Source of the DNA: Mantamonas sphyraenae STR306
Lineage: Eukaryota; Protista; CRuMs
Assembly: GCA_026936335.1 (NCBI GenBank)
Contig: JAPMXV010000043.1
Span: forward strand, 186,001-250,000
Length of the DNA: 64,000 nt
Reading direction: 5' to 3'
The notes under the pieces were generated by a model. The model worked only from the letters and a program-made list of their open reading frames with translations. It was not told the DNA's origin and did no database searches. The position numbers were made by a program, and so were the translations under genes. Shown here in pieces: positions 1-12,022 of this stretch (position 1 is the first letter of the stretch; each line of letters opens with the position of its first letter).

Positions 1-3000
1 AGACGCAGTTGCAGGGTTTTGGCATTGCTGGCCGTCACAATCTGAGCCCGTTTGGCTGTCGCCGAGTGGAAGATGCTCACGGCCACCGCAACCAGGTTGA
101 AAACCATGGCAGTTACGGCAAAGGTGGTGATCACCGTAATCGCCGTGTTTTGGTCCACGGTGGACGAAGCAAACTTGTCAGAAAGGAACAGGAGGCCTGT
201 CAGCACCAACAGGAGAGTCGACGAAAGAGCAGCCACTTCCATGCTGTTTTCATGGGCTCTCTTGTACGGTTTGTGAAAGATCTGCAGCTCCAAACTCGCG
301 AGGAGCACCGCAAACGCGACGGTCGCTTGTAGGATCGGTTGACGCAACACCACCCTCGACAGGACGACGCTGAGCTTTCTGATGAGACCTGTGAGAGACC
401 AGTACCACTTTGAAGGATTGAACGGCATGTACAACGAACCTGCCCTTACCTCCGCGTATGGCGTCTGCAACGCCGAGGACAGCTTGTACAGCTCCCAGTA
501 CAGAAACGCCGGGATCCCAAGCCCATATCCCACCCCTGCCAACACTGCCACCCACACTCTGCCCAACCACTCCTCCTCATAGCACATAATCGTTGGCGCG
601 GCATCCAGCACCAACCCACCCCCTCCATCATCGCTGCACACAAACACCTCCAGCGCAGCCGGCACCACCAACGCGTAGCTGAGCCCGAGGAACACCAGCA
701 TGGCGTTCCACGTGATGTTCATGGCGTCGCGCCACACCTCCTTCCTGCCCCTGTTCACGTTCTCCTCCGCGGACAAATCCTCCCTGGGCATCAGTACCAA
801 CCCGTTCACGCCACGATACACACTCTCTGGATCATGCGCTTCATCCGGGTACATCTCCCTCCTCTTCTTGAACCTCCTGATCGCCGCCAACTCATACAGG
901 TACACCGCCACTTGCGTCACCATCAACAACCCCACCACAACCACCGGCAACGCCAGCTTGGCATACCACTTGCTCCAATACGTCAGCGGCAGCGCACACT
1001 CGGGCGAGGTCAACTCCACGTTGAACACAAAGAGTGAAAAGACGTTGAACACCCACAGCACCTCCCTCGGCCAGTTCAGCGAGAATCCGCTAAACAGTGC
1101 CATCAGCTGCATGTTGTTCATCGCAATGCCCATCATCGAGTACGACCGCGACTTTTGCCCGTAGCTCCTCAGCCCCACGCAGAACACCACCAGCGCCATT
1201 GCCATCAGCGCCACAATCCAGTTGGAATTGTCCGGGCACGGCTCGCACTTGCCGCTCAGCTTGTAGAACCGCGTTTCGCACTCTGCACACAGTCGACCCG
1301 TGTATCCTGTTGCACACGTCAGCTGCCCACCACCCGGACACGCTTCTGGGTTCGCGCATTTCAGAAACTGGTCCGGATTCTCCGGGGACGCCCAGAAGCC
1401 CGCCCGAGCAATCGGACGCGCATCCAGCCCGGCGCATGTCGCACCCGCAGGGCACGCCTTGCATCCCGTCGCGCTGCGGTCGTAATACTGTTCCTTGCAC
1501 ACACAATCGAGCACCGACCGCGCCTCTGACGGCGACGTCTGGCTAGCCGGATCCGGGCACGTCACGCACGCCAGCTCGTTGGCCACACTCGCGTACGTCC
1601 CGCGCACGCATGGATCACACGCAAACTCGCTCGGACGCGCCTGCCCTAATGGGCAGTTGGCCAGCACACGCACCACTTGCTCCGCCCAAAGATGTTTCGT
1701 GCTCGCGTCACCGACAAAATACAGCACCTGCAGGGCAAACTCTCCTGCATAGGGTGACTTGTAGCGCAGCCTAAACCGTCCTGGTTCAGGCTCCGGCGAC
1801 GGGTCCTCCGCCGCCACCAGCCGCGGCGCATTCGCCACACGTTCTGTCAGACGACCGCGAAACGACAGTGCGCTGTGATCGATGTGGTTGTCGTGTGCGT
1901 CCCGCGCCTGCAGAAACACTGTTGCAAACTGCTCCTGCAGCTGCGTCACGTTCAGCCCGTCGCCCCACGCCAGTGTTTTGGTTGCAACCGCCGCTCCGGA
2001 CCTCACCCACACGCTGACGTCTGCCCCGCCCAACGCGTGTCCACCCAACAGCACCGTCACGTTGTACACACCGGCTACTGTCGTTGCGAACCACACACCG
2101 TACCTCCCGTTCCCATGGTCCGTCACGTTCCACGCGCTCACCTCTGCGCCCACACCTCCCACCGTCCGTCCAACAATCCCGCTTCCGACTCTTTCCACCC
2201 CCACATCCAACACCTCACCGCCTCGTGTTCGCGCATTCCCGTACACGTCCCGCATCGTGACATTCACCCACTGCCGCTCACGATCCGCGTTGTAGAATTC
2301 AGGCCCCATCACACCCAGCACACTCTTCGCTGCGGTCGTCACTTCCACAGGCAGCACCTCCAACACATCCCCTCCGGTCAACACAACATCCCGATTGTCC
2401 GAACCCTTGATCGCAATCGTGTACGTGCCCGCCTGCGTAAAGTTGGTATGGCACACATATCGTCCGTCGTGCTGGTCCACCACAGGCGGAAGGAACGACG
2501 TCGACAGCACCCCAGCCACAACACGCCCAAATGTAGCGTCAAACGGCTCGCCCCCTGACGTCGCGTTGTTCAGGAAGCGGTCCCGTGCCTGTACCACCAT
2601 CGTCACATCCTCCCCCGCTCGCACCACCGTCGGCTTGCTTACCACGCTTCGCTGCGGTACCACAGCCCCAGGCTTCAGCCAAATCCACACCCCAGACCCG
2701 CCCACCGTCGCATTCCCGTCGGCGTAGCTGTACACACGCACCTCTCGCCATCCTGCAACCGTCGAGTTCAGCATCGCTGTGTACACGTGCGACGACCCAG
2801 ACACACGCCGAAACTTCCACGGGGCCAACGCTTCACCCGTGTGTCCCAGCCAAATTTTCTCCGCATCGTTCTCCCACTCCAACACGCGCGGGTTCCCAAA
2901 CTCGTCATACAGCGAAACCGCCACAATCACACTTTGCTCCTGCGCCCCGTCAGCCTCCGACACTCGCTTCGTATTGCTTCCAATCACGGTCACGTTGCTC

Positions 3001-6000
3001 GTGCCCGCATACGCACGCGCTGGCACCACAAACAACATTTGTGCCAGGACCTTCTCCTGGCCCGCACTGCCCGTGAAGTTCACCACATACCCACCCATCT
3101 TTGTCTGCCGCGTGGTGTACACATACGTACCGTTACCTGCGTCGTACATCCACGCCCTTGACGTGTTCACATACAGCGCAGGCCCGCTCCCGCCCTCGGA
3201 AATCACGTTTGCGAAACGGTCACGCGCTTCCAGTCGCAATGTCCCATTCTCCCCCGCCACAATAAACGTCGGCCGCGAAGACACCTCGCAGCTCGCCACA
3301 TGCAGCGCTGCAGGCACAGACGTCACCCGTTCGTCCGCCTTTGGCACCCCGTTCACTACCACCGTCAGCACATCCCCGGCGGCGTTTGCCCGCTTCGTCC
3401 ACATCAACACCGTGTACTTGCCCTCCATGATGGACACCTTGATGCTCAGCACGTCCACGTCCACGCCTCCCTTGCCCCCGGGGCCGTCGTTCATCGTCAG
3501 CTTGTACTCTGTGTCCAACGCGGCAACCTTGCCCACAACTCCCGTATCCAGCATGACCCCATTCCCTTCTCCGTACTCTCCGGACACCGCTGCTCGTGTG
3601 TTGTTGTACTGGTCCCGTCCCTCGACCGTCAGCACGGCCGTGTGCACATCCGACGCAACAAGGTCCGTCGCGGCCGGCAGCCGCTTCACGGCCGTGTTCA
3701 CAACCGTCAGCGCTCCGGGTGACACCCTCACCGTCATCGGCGAGTTGCCCAAATCCATGTTTGCAAAGCGCGCGTGCACAACATAGCTTCCTGCACGCGT
3801 CAACGTGTACTGCAGCGTCACGTGTCCGTCCTTCACACTCGAATACACCGCCGTCCCGTTTGCGCTCCCATTCACCAGGGCCGTAAACTCTGGCTGACTT
3901 GTGTCCAACCCGTTCCCAAACCCATCGTTCAGAGTCACGCGCTGTTCCACAAATCCGGCCACCGCCGTAAACTCAAACACATTCTCCGAATGCTGCACCT
4001 TTGACCGCCGCACGTCCACCGCATTCGGCTGCACCACAAATGTCAAAGGCGAGTTCACCACGTGCTTGTAGTTCGCCCCACCTCCTGCAGACACCCCAAA
4101 ATCGTGCCCTTCAATCTCTAGCGAGTACGTACCGGCCACCGTCATGTTCACTCGGTGTGTGTACACGTATCGACCCCCAGTCGTGTTCAACGTCTTGAAC
4201 ACAACCGTGTCATCCAGCTCCACTTGCCCAATCGTCGCCACCGGCGCCGTTGTGCGCCGCAACACAAACGTGAAACCTGTGTTCTGTGGGAACTTTGCAC
4301 CCGACTGCGTCTCCCGCGGGTTCCCATACACATCACGCACGTCAAGGTCAAAGTACATGCCCACTCCTGCACGCGCAGGCACCTCGAAACCAGGCGAGTA
4401 CGCCAACACAGACGGGAACCCAACTTGGGCCGCCAGCACAGACACAGACTTGCTCCCAATCGCCTCTGTCGGCAGGCCCACATCCTCGAATATCGAAGCC
4501 AGTACACTCACCTTGGCCCCCAGCACCCTCACTGTGTACGTGCCAGTTTCGTTCACCTGCTGCGTCGCGTTGAAGTGTCTCCCATTCTTGAGCACGTACG
4601 GCACCGTCACCACGTTGCCCGACCCAACCTTGGCCACTTCGATGCTCATGTTTCCCACCACCTTCACCTCTCCGTCCACGACCGCCAGCGGCGTCACAAT
4701 GGTGTTTCCAAAGTAGTCTCGTAGCGTGACTCCGATCCGCACGCTCTCGCCTGCGTTTGTCGTCCCGGTCACCTCTAGCGTGTCTGCGTGCGGGTACGCA
4801 TACCCGACCTCGATCGATACTGTGTACTGCGACATCGTCGTTACTCCCAACACTTCAAACGCGACCGTCTTGTTCACCACGTTTGCCGTGTAGTCCACCA
4901 GCGCCGTAAACAGCGTCGCATTGCCCGTAAAGTTGTTCAGCCGGATCCCGCTCGCAGCCAGGCTCTGCGGAAGCGCAAAGTCCGCCGGCGAGTACTCTGC
5001 CGGCGACAGTGCGATCGCATTCAAGTACGAATCCCGCTGCACGAGCTGCACACGCTGTCGCAAGTTTACACGCATCGTCAACGGATGCAGCGGACGCACA
5101 AGAGTGTGCGCCGCAGACCGCGGCCCAGGGGCAATCGTAAAGTTGTACGGACCTTGGTCAATCTCAGACCCACCCGCCACAACGCGCGCCACATACGTTC
5201 CGGCCACCGTCAAGTTGTATCGAAACACGCGCGACGTCAGCTGCCAATTCTCCCACCTCCGCGTGCTCGCCACGCTTACGTTCACCGGACCCGTCATCAC
5301 GAGCTCCATGTCCTCCGTCGCCGAGTTGCGCAGGTTACCGTACACGTCGGCAAACGCTGCCACGTCTTCAATCACCGTCCCTGCCACGTACTGACTCCCG
5401 CCGGGATTCACAAACACACGCGACGCACGCAAATCCACGTCCCCGGGCACCAGGTGCACAAAGCTCGGCCCACTTCCAATTGCCACTCCATCCAATGACA
5501 TCGTCAGAGTGTAGTTGATTGCCTTGGTGCCCGTCGGCAACGTGTAGTTGAACTTGCCCTGCGTCATGTACCTTGCCATCGAACCGGGCCCACAGCAGAC
5601 GTCCGTGTACACCAAGCTGTTGTTCGATGCCTTTCGGCTCTGCATCGTGATGTTTACCCACGGCGACGGATCCACCTCCAAGTTGTTTCCAAACTCGTCC
5701 TCCAGATTCAGCCGAGCATACACATACGAGTTCGCTCCCACCACGTACGTCGCCTGCATCATGTCCACGTAGCACAAGGGGGCGTGCGGCCTCGTCAACG
5801 CATACGTCGTTGCGCTAAAAGGCGCTCCGATCACCGAGGTCCCTCCCAACCGCACATCCACCGTGTACGGCCCACTACGCGTTGCCGAAATCCTCACCAC
5901 AAGCTCAGACCCGTCTCGCACCCACGACGTCGTCCCGTTTGCCACACCTCCCGTCGCCGAAATGTTCACCCCCGGCAACGGCTGCGTCTCCAGCGCAGTA

Positions 6001-9000
6001 TTGTTGTACACGTCTCGCAGCTCTACTCGATATCTCTCCAGCCGTCCCGCCACCCACTTGTTTGCTCCACTCGTCTCGTTCACAAGCCGCGAGTGTTCTC
6101 CCGAAATCGGCCCGGGAACCACCGTCACATTTAGAGGATTGGGTGCCCCTGTCATCTGCTCCCCAAGCCGCACATGGATACGCAAGCGCTCCGCCGCAAG
6201 CGTCAGCGTCATCGACACCCTGTGCACTGCTCCAGACACCTGTGTCGAGTTGGCCTCCAGCACCAGCGCTCCGGTTGCCTCCACGTACGCCTTTGCAGCA
6301 AACAGCCCAGCCCCTCCGGTCGTCACGTTGTTTCCAAACGCGTCTCGCGCAAGCACGTCAATGACCAACGACTCGCCTGCTGTCACATCCGCCAAAGCTG
6401 CAGAGCCAACCAGGGCACCACTCGATTGTGCATCCGCCCCCGCAGCCAACACTGCAGGTCCCTCTTCCTGGCCGTACGGGAACCCTTCTGCGTAGCTGCC
6501 GTTCACCTTGAGATGCACAGAGTACTTGCCCGCACGTGTCGCGTTGTACGTTGCATTGTAGTAGTGCTGCACTCCGCCGTACCCTGCCTCCACAATCGTT
6601 ACGTTCACCACGGTTCCTCCCTGCTCCAGCCATGCCTCCCAATTCGGGTTGACGTAGCGCACGTTGTCAAATGCGTCCACATTGTGGATCGTGAAGCGGC
6701 CCAATACACCCGCCACGCTGCTCTGCAGGCCCGTCCCACTCACTGAAAACCCGCCCAAGACAAGCACGCGGTATGTCTGCTGCCCAACATACCCTGGCGG
6801 CTCAACACCGTCCAGCAACAGTCGGAACTCATACTCCGCGCTCCTATTTGTGGTCACGCTCGTCATGTACAGGCCCTCCTCCAGCGCCGTCGCATTGAAA
6901 AGACCCGTCTCGTGCACCGCAGAGTGCAGCCGCACGCTCCACATGTCTCCTGTGCCAGTCGCACGGTTACCAAATCCGTCCACAGACGTCACGTTCACGC
7001 TCCGTGTCTCTCCTGCCTTGAACGTTTGCAGCGCACTTCCGCTCAGCGTGTATCCACGCGTTGTCCCGGGCAGCAGCTTGATCACAAACGGCGAATTCTT
7101 CACGTGCACACCGTCCCATTTGATCGACATCTGCAGTGACGCCACAGGCGTACTTCCAAACTCAAACGGCACAATCACCAAGTCCTGCCGCCCTTCCACA
7201 GGCACAAGAGTCCCTGCCGTCCCCGACGCATTGCTGCTGATGGCCAACGAGTTGCTCACCAATGTCGCCAGCGCAGACGCCGTCTGGCCCTGCACCGTGT
7301 TGTTGAACTCGTCTCGCAACTCCACCGTAAAGTTGTACGGCTGCGACACGCGCACGTTGCCCACCACAAACGGATCCACCACACGCGACAACGCAGCCAC
7401 GGGGGTCTTGCTCGACACCTCCACCGTCCGTGGCGATCCGACAATAACCACCCCCTGCGGGGAGTACACGTACGCAAACACCTGCGTTTGCCCGGCCACC
7501 GTTTCGGTCAAAGCACACCGGTACTTCTCCCCCACAAACGACGCCGTGGTGTTGACCCCCCTCACCGTGCACACCACAGACGCACTCCCGTCCTTGTTAT
7601 CATTCCCATACTCATCCTTCGGCGTCATTTGCACCTGGAATGCCGTGCCTGCTTCAGCCTGCGTCGGCGCCTGTACAGTCAGCCGCTGCACTGTCGGCTT
7701 TGGGTTCACCGTGAGCTTGAATGTGTTTGACGCGTCTCCTCCCCCCACCGCATACCGTAGCTTCAGCGTACGGTTGCCCGCCTGGAACGTTTGATCCGTC
7801 GATCCCGACAACGTCCCGTTCTCCGCGTGGTACGTCAGATTAAACACTATCACCTGATTGTTCGCGTTCACGACCTCGATTTGCTGAAACTCCGGTGCCG
7901 GGTTTACAATCTCGTGATTGAACTCGTCACGCAGCCGCACCTGCACAGCAAACACGTCGCCTGCCGTAATTGGGTTCTGTGCCTCTGTCACAAGCACCGT
8001 ATCCTTGCTTGGCGGTCCCGGCTGCACTCGAATCGTCATGTTTTGCTGCGCAACGGGCATGTACACACTCGGGTCCGTTTTGTACACCAGCCGCACCCCC
8101 AGGGAATAATCGCCAAGCTGGTTGAAGCGCATTGCTTCGATCCGTTGCACGTTGCCACCCACGCTTTTCTCGGTGCCCATCTGCGCCACAGGCGCGCCGT
8201 ACACGTCCCAAACCAACTCGTAATCGCTGGTCACGTAGTCGCACTCTGAGCCAAGGATCAGTACGTCAACGTCGAAATCCACACCCGCGCTCGCGTTGAT
8301 CGTGTTCACGCCCAGCTGGAACGACAAGTATCCACACACCGCCGTGTAGTTGGAAAAGCGGAACGCTCTGTTTGTGCTCGGACCCAAGCACACCGGCCCA
8401 GACGATTGTGCTGCCACAAGATTGTCCGTCCCCTGCACCAGGAGCTCGCCGTTGAAGAATCCGTACAGCTCATTGTTGTGCACGGCCACCGCCAGGTGGA
8501 ACGAGGTGCCCAGGCTCGCAGGAATCGCCACCGCAGGGATATTCGGCAGCGCAACCGCCGTCTTCAGCACTGGGTCGACGTACGCCGCCGTGATCGAGTT
8601 GTTGGACCTGTCCAACACAATCCCCACTCCCTTGGAACACTGGAACGACGACCGAAGCAGCACCACACCCTGTTCCATCTCGTGAATGTCCATGTGTACC
8701 GTGTATGACGTCCACGTCCCGCTGCCACGTGTAAACACCTTGTACACCGTCAGCGTCTGGTTTGTTCCGACCACAGGATCTGGGACTGCCGTTGGCATAG
8801 GCACAGGATGCCAGAACAACTTCTTGCGATCCACGCTCGCAAACTGATCGTAGTCCAGCAGCATCGTCTTTTTGGCCACCACGTTACCCACCGACGGCCC
8901 TCCCAACGTCGCCGTAAAGCTGCTCACCACAGTCCCGCTCGCCCGTGGAAACACAAAGCCCACGTTGCCCGTGCGGTACAGCGACGTGTTGTTCACGTCC

Positions 9001-11920
9001 ACCTCCGTCACCAGACGCGAGTTGCCCCCGTCGATCACATACACCTGCAACGTCGTCTGCTCCATCTTCACTACCAATGACAACGAGCTTGTCGACGACT
9101 GCAGGATGCTTGTTGCAGCGCTTGCGTCCGATGTCATGTTGAACTCCGACGACGATGTGTTTGTCCACGTCCCGATGCTCACTTGGCCACCGTTCAGGTT
9201 GCTGATCCGCAGTAGGTTTCCTTCACCGTAGCACCCATTTGACGACTGAAACAGCATTGCGAGCTCGTCCCAGTTGGACTGCAGCACCACACGCCAGCCC
9301 ACGCTCAAGTCCCATTGCGGGTCCCCAAACGACGCGCACGAGAACTGTCCCACCTTATTTTGCAGGCGCGGGGGGGTATTCAACGCCTCCCATGCGTATG
9401 CACTCTCCTCCGGGTTGAACCGCCAAGCGTCTTTCCGGTCAGGCTCGCTAAAATCCGACGTGTACAGGTTCGCCTCACGCCCATTGTTCATGGCATACGA
9501 CGGCGCCGTGGTGATCGCCACCTTTTCAATCTCCACAGTATCCGTGGACGTCGTCGCTTCCCCTAGAGGGTTGTACCGATTCGCAAATCCAACCAACGTG
9601 CCCAGCGTCGCCCCTCCGAGATCCTTGGGAATCTCCATCGTCGTAAAAAGCCTCCATGCGCCTCCCAATCGGCCACGCAACTCCAGCCGGTCTGGATTGC
9701 TGACAAGCTCCAACGCCTGGAGCCCGTGATACTGAACCGCGTTGAACTTGGTGGACTTGCCTCCTGGTCCGTAAAGCACAAAGTAGATGATGTTGGCAAA
9801 CACATTGATCTCCACTCCCAGGTGGTGCTTCGTCACCGGGTTGAAGCGTGTCACAATACGCAGCAGCTTCGTCTTTGTGTCGTCAAACTCAGCGTACACT
9901 GCGTACGAGTCGGGCGTGTAGTCGTCACCAAACATGATTGCGGAATTTGCCTGCAGCACAAATCGCTGTGCGCCGTAGTTGATGCTGTACTGGCCCTCCA
10001 CAAAGAATGGTTCGATCTGAAACTTGCTTGTCAGCGGCCTGCCGACTGAGTTAAACCGGAACATCACGTTGTCGCGCGTAAAGTTGCTCACTCCAATCTC
10101 CTCGTTCGAGATTTCCCGCACGTCAATTCTGCTCTTGAGCGCAATCGATGTCGAGTTGTACGCCACCAGCCCAGCGTGGCCCACCAGGTTGGGATCCACC
10201 TCTGCGCTCACATCCACAGCAAGAGCCAGCTTGTACGTTCCTGCCCCCGGGGAGAACAGACACATCAACAAAGTGCCTTTCGCGATGACTTTGATGTCCA
10301 TGTCAAACTGGCTGGGAAGCGTTGCCGACCCCTTCACCTTGCCCGTCGCCAGGTTGATCAGATGCACCAAGCCTTCGTCGCTTCCATCGTCGCGCTCGTA
10401 GAAGCAACCAAACCCAGAACCCGTATTTGTCTCTGGGTTCCACTTCATGCGCACTCCCACAATGCCCGACTGCCGATTCGTCGCACTACCTCCTCCCTGG
10501 CACGGGAATCCTGCAATCTGTGTTTCGACGTCCACATGCCGGTACACCGGGTCGCCCACGAGGATGGCATTTGCCTGCGGACCCAAGCTGTCTTTGTAAC
10601 ACAGTGTTTTGCTCGGGTTTGACTCTGACCATTGCCACGGGAAGAAAACGGCATCGTCAAAGGTGTTTCCACCCAAGTTGATGTTGATATTTTGCGCAGC
10701 CGTTGCGACGGATGCTACGGTAGACGAATGATGTGTGTGTGTGTGTGTGTGTGAGTGTGTGTGCGTGTGAGCGTGACCCTAGATGAGTCTCATCTCTGGG
10801 GGGTTCCACCCCAGCTTCCCCTCTCACGTACGCTGTGTGACGTTTGCGGCAGTAATGTGCCGAGCTGCAACGTTGAGAAAATACTCGCCCTCGGGATTCG
10901 GGCTACCACGTCCTGTCCACAGGCCAATGGAGCCATTTGTGAAACTACCCAGCTTGGAAGGCACGTCCAGAATCGACAGCGTGCGTTGGCCATTGATGTA
11001 GCCATGCATGTCGTTGTTGAGGACGCGCACCTCAACAACCAAGTCGCTTGCCTTGTCATATGGCAACGTGGGTCCAACAGCAAGCACCTGTGACCCAAAG
11101 CGTTTTGTGTTGTTTGCTGCTGCATTGGTCACGTGGCTAAAGTACGCCAGCCCATTGATCTCATCCACTGCAAACCCAATGTATGGTCCGTAGCTGAGGC
11201 ATGCACACAGGGAATCACCGAAACAAGGAGCGGCATGTGTCAGTTCTGAGTTCCCCGACCTGGTGGGGCGGTCGCCGGCGGTTTCGTGGTTGCGAAACGC
11301 TCGCCGAGAGGCGTTTCGTCGCGCCAAACTGCCGCGGAGCTCCGAGACAACAGCCCTTGCTACGAGGCATTCCACACGCACGGCAGCCCACGTCACTTAC
11401 TCCATGGTTTCATTGTTGGACTGCATGCGCAAGGCAACGCCCGTGGTGCGTGCACCTCCGTTGGCGTCGTAGAAACCGCCCATGGTCGCCTGCGCAGAAT
11501 AATTCGTCTGCGGAAGTGACGAGCGCGCGCGATGGGACGCGTTCACGTGTTAGTCGAACCCTATCACACGCATGGTTCCATGGTGAACATGCACGGTGCC
11601 ACGTGCCTGCAACCACACACAGCCCAGCGCAAACTCACAGCAGGTGTTTCGGCGCCGAGCAGGTACGCGTACGTCAGCGCTCCAGCTCCGCCCCTCAGCC
11701 GTCCGGGCCAATTGGGCCCTGCGTTGGACAGCAGCCGTTCGGGTGGGCTTTGCAGCATCGTAGGCGTTCCCGCATCCACGCAGGCAAAGTAGTCACCCCC
11801 AACGCAGATGTTCCCCTGGTTGGGGCCTGGGGTGCTCGCTGACGGGACTCCCGCAGCACAGCTCGCGAGCCATAGCATTGTGATCGCAAGTGTATACCGG
11901 AAACCAGTACGAACACGCAT
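1..11920 (-). CDS. Giant cell-surface multi-pass membrane protein (signal peptide, ConA-like/DUF1080-type domains, many filamin-type Ig repeats, Cys-rich repeats, ~9-TM C-terminus); 3' end truncated by window edge
   Basis: Exons 11920-11639, 11507-11401, 11193-10832 and 10714-<1 join in phase across GT..AG introns. The last exon is one open frame of >3,500 codons with no stop in the window, hence absent from the ORF track. N-terminus MRVRTGFRYTLAITMLWLASCAAG is signal-like. Repeats read ...RDEFNN/KDEYGN/VDGFGN...YNATRAGKYSVHLKVNG. Cys-rich segment CKACPAGATC...CATGYTGRLCAECETRFYKLSGKCEPCP. TM region LNWP...ECAL...WYWSLTGLIRK...KPYKRAHENSMEV. Confidence 0.85.
10732..10769. repeat. (TG)n microsatellite in intron 3 of the giant surface-protein gene
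   Basis: tgtgtgtgtgtgtgtgtgtgtgagtgtgtgtgcgtgtg lies inside intron 10715-10831. Confidence 0.9.
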
Positions 11921-12022
11921 GTTGACGGAACGTGGTGGAATTGGGGACATCCCTCGCCAGCCTTGAACGTTTTGAAATTGTTTGGCCCTTGCGCCGCCAC
12001 CCACAACCTGTGCCCACAAACC

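Noticed and set aside
52-10401. Series of Thr/Ser/Val-rich + strand ORFs (e.g. 2779-3786, 6664-7794)
   Set aside because: All are in one frame and are antisense shadows of the giant minus-strand exon.
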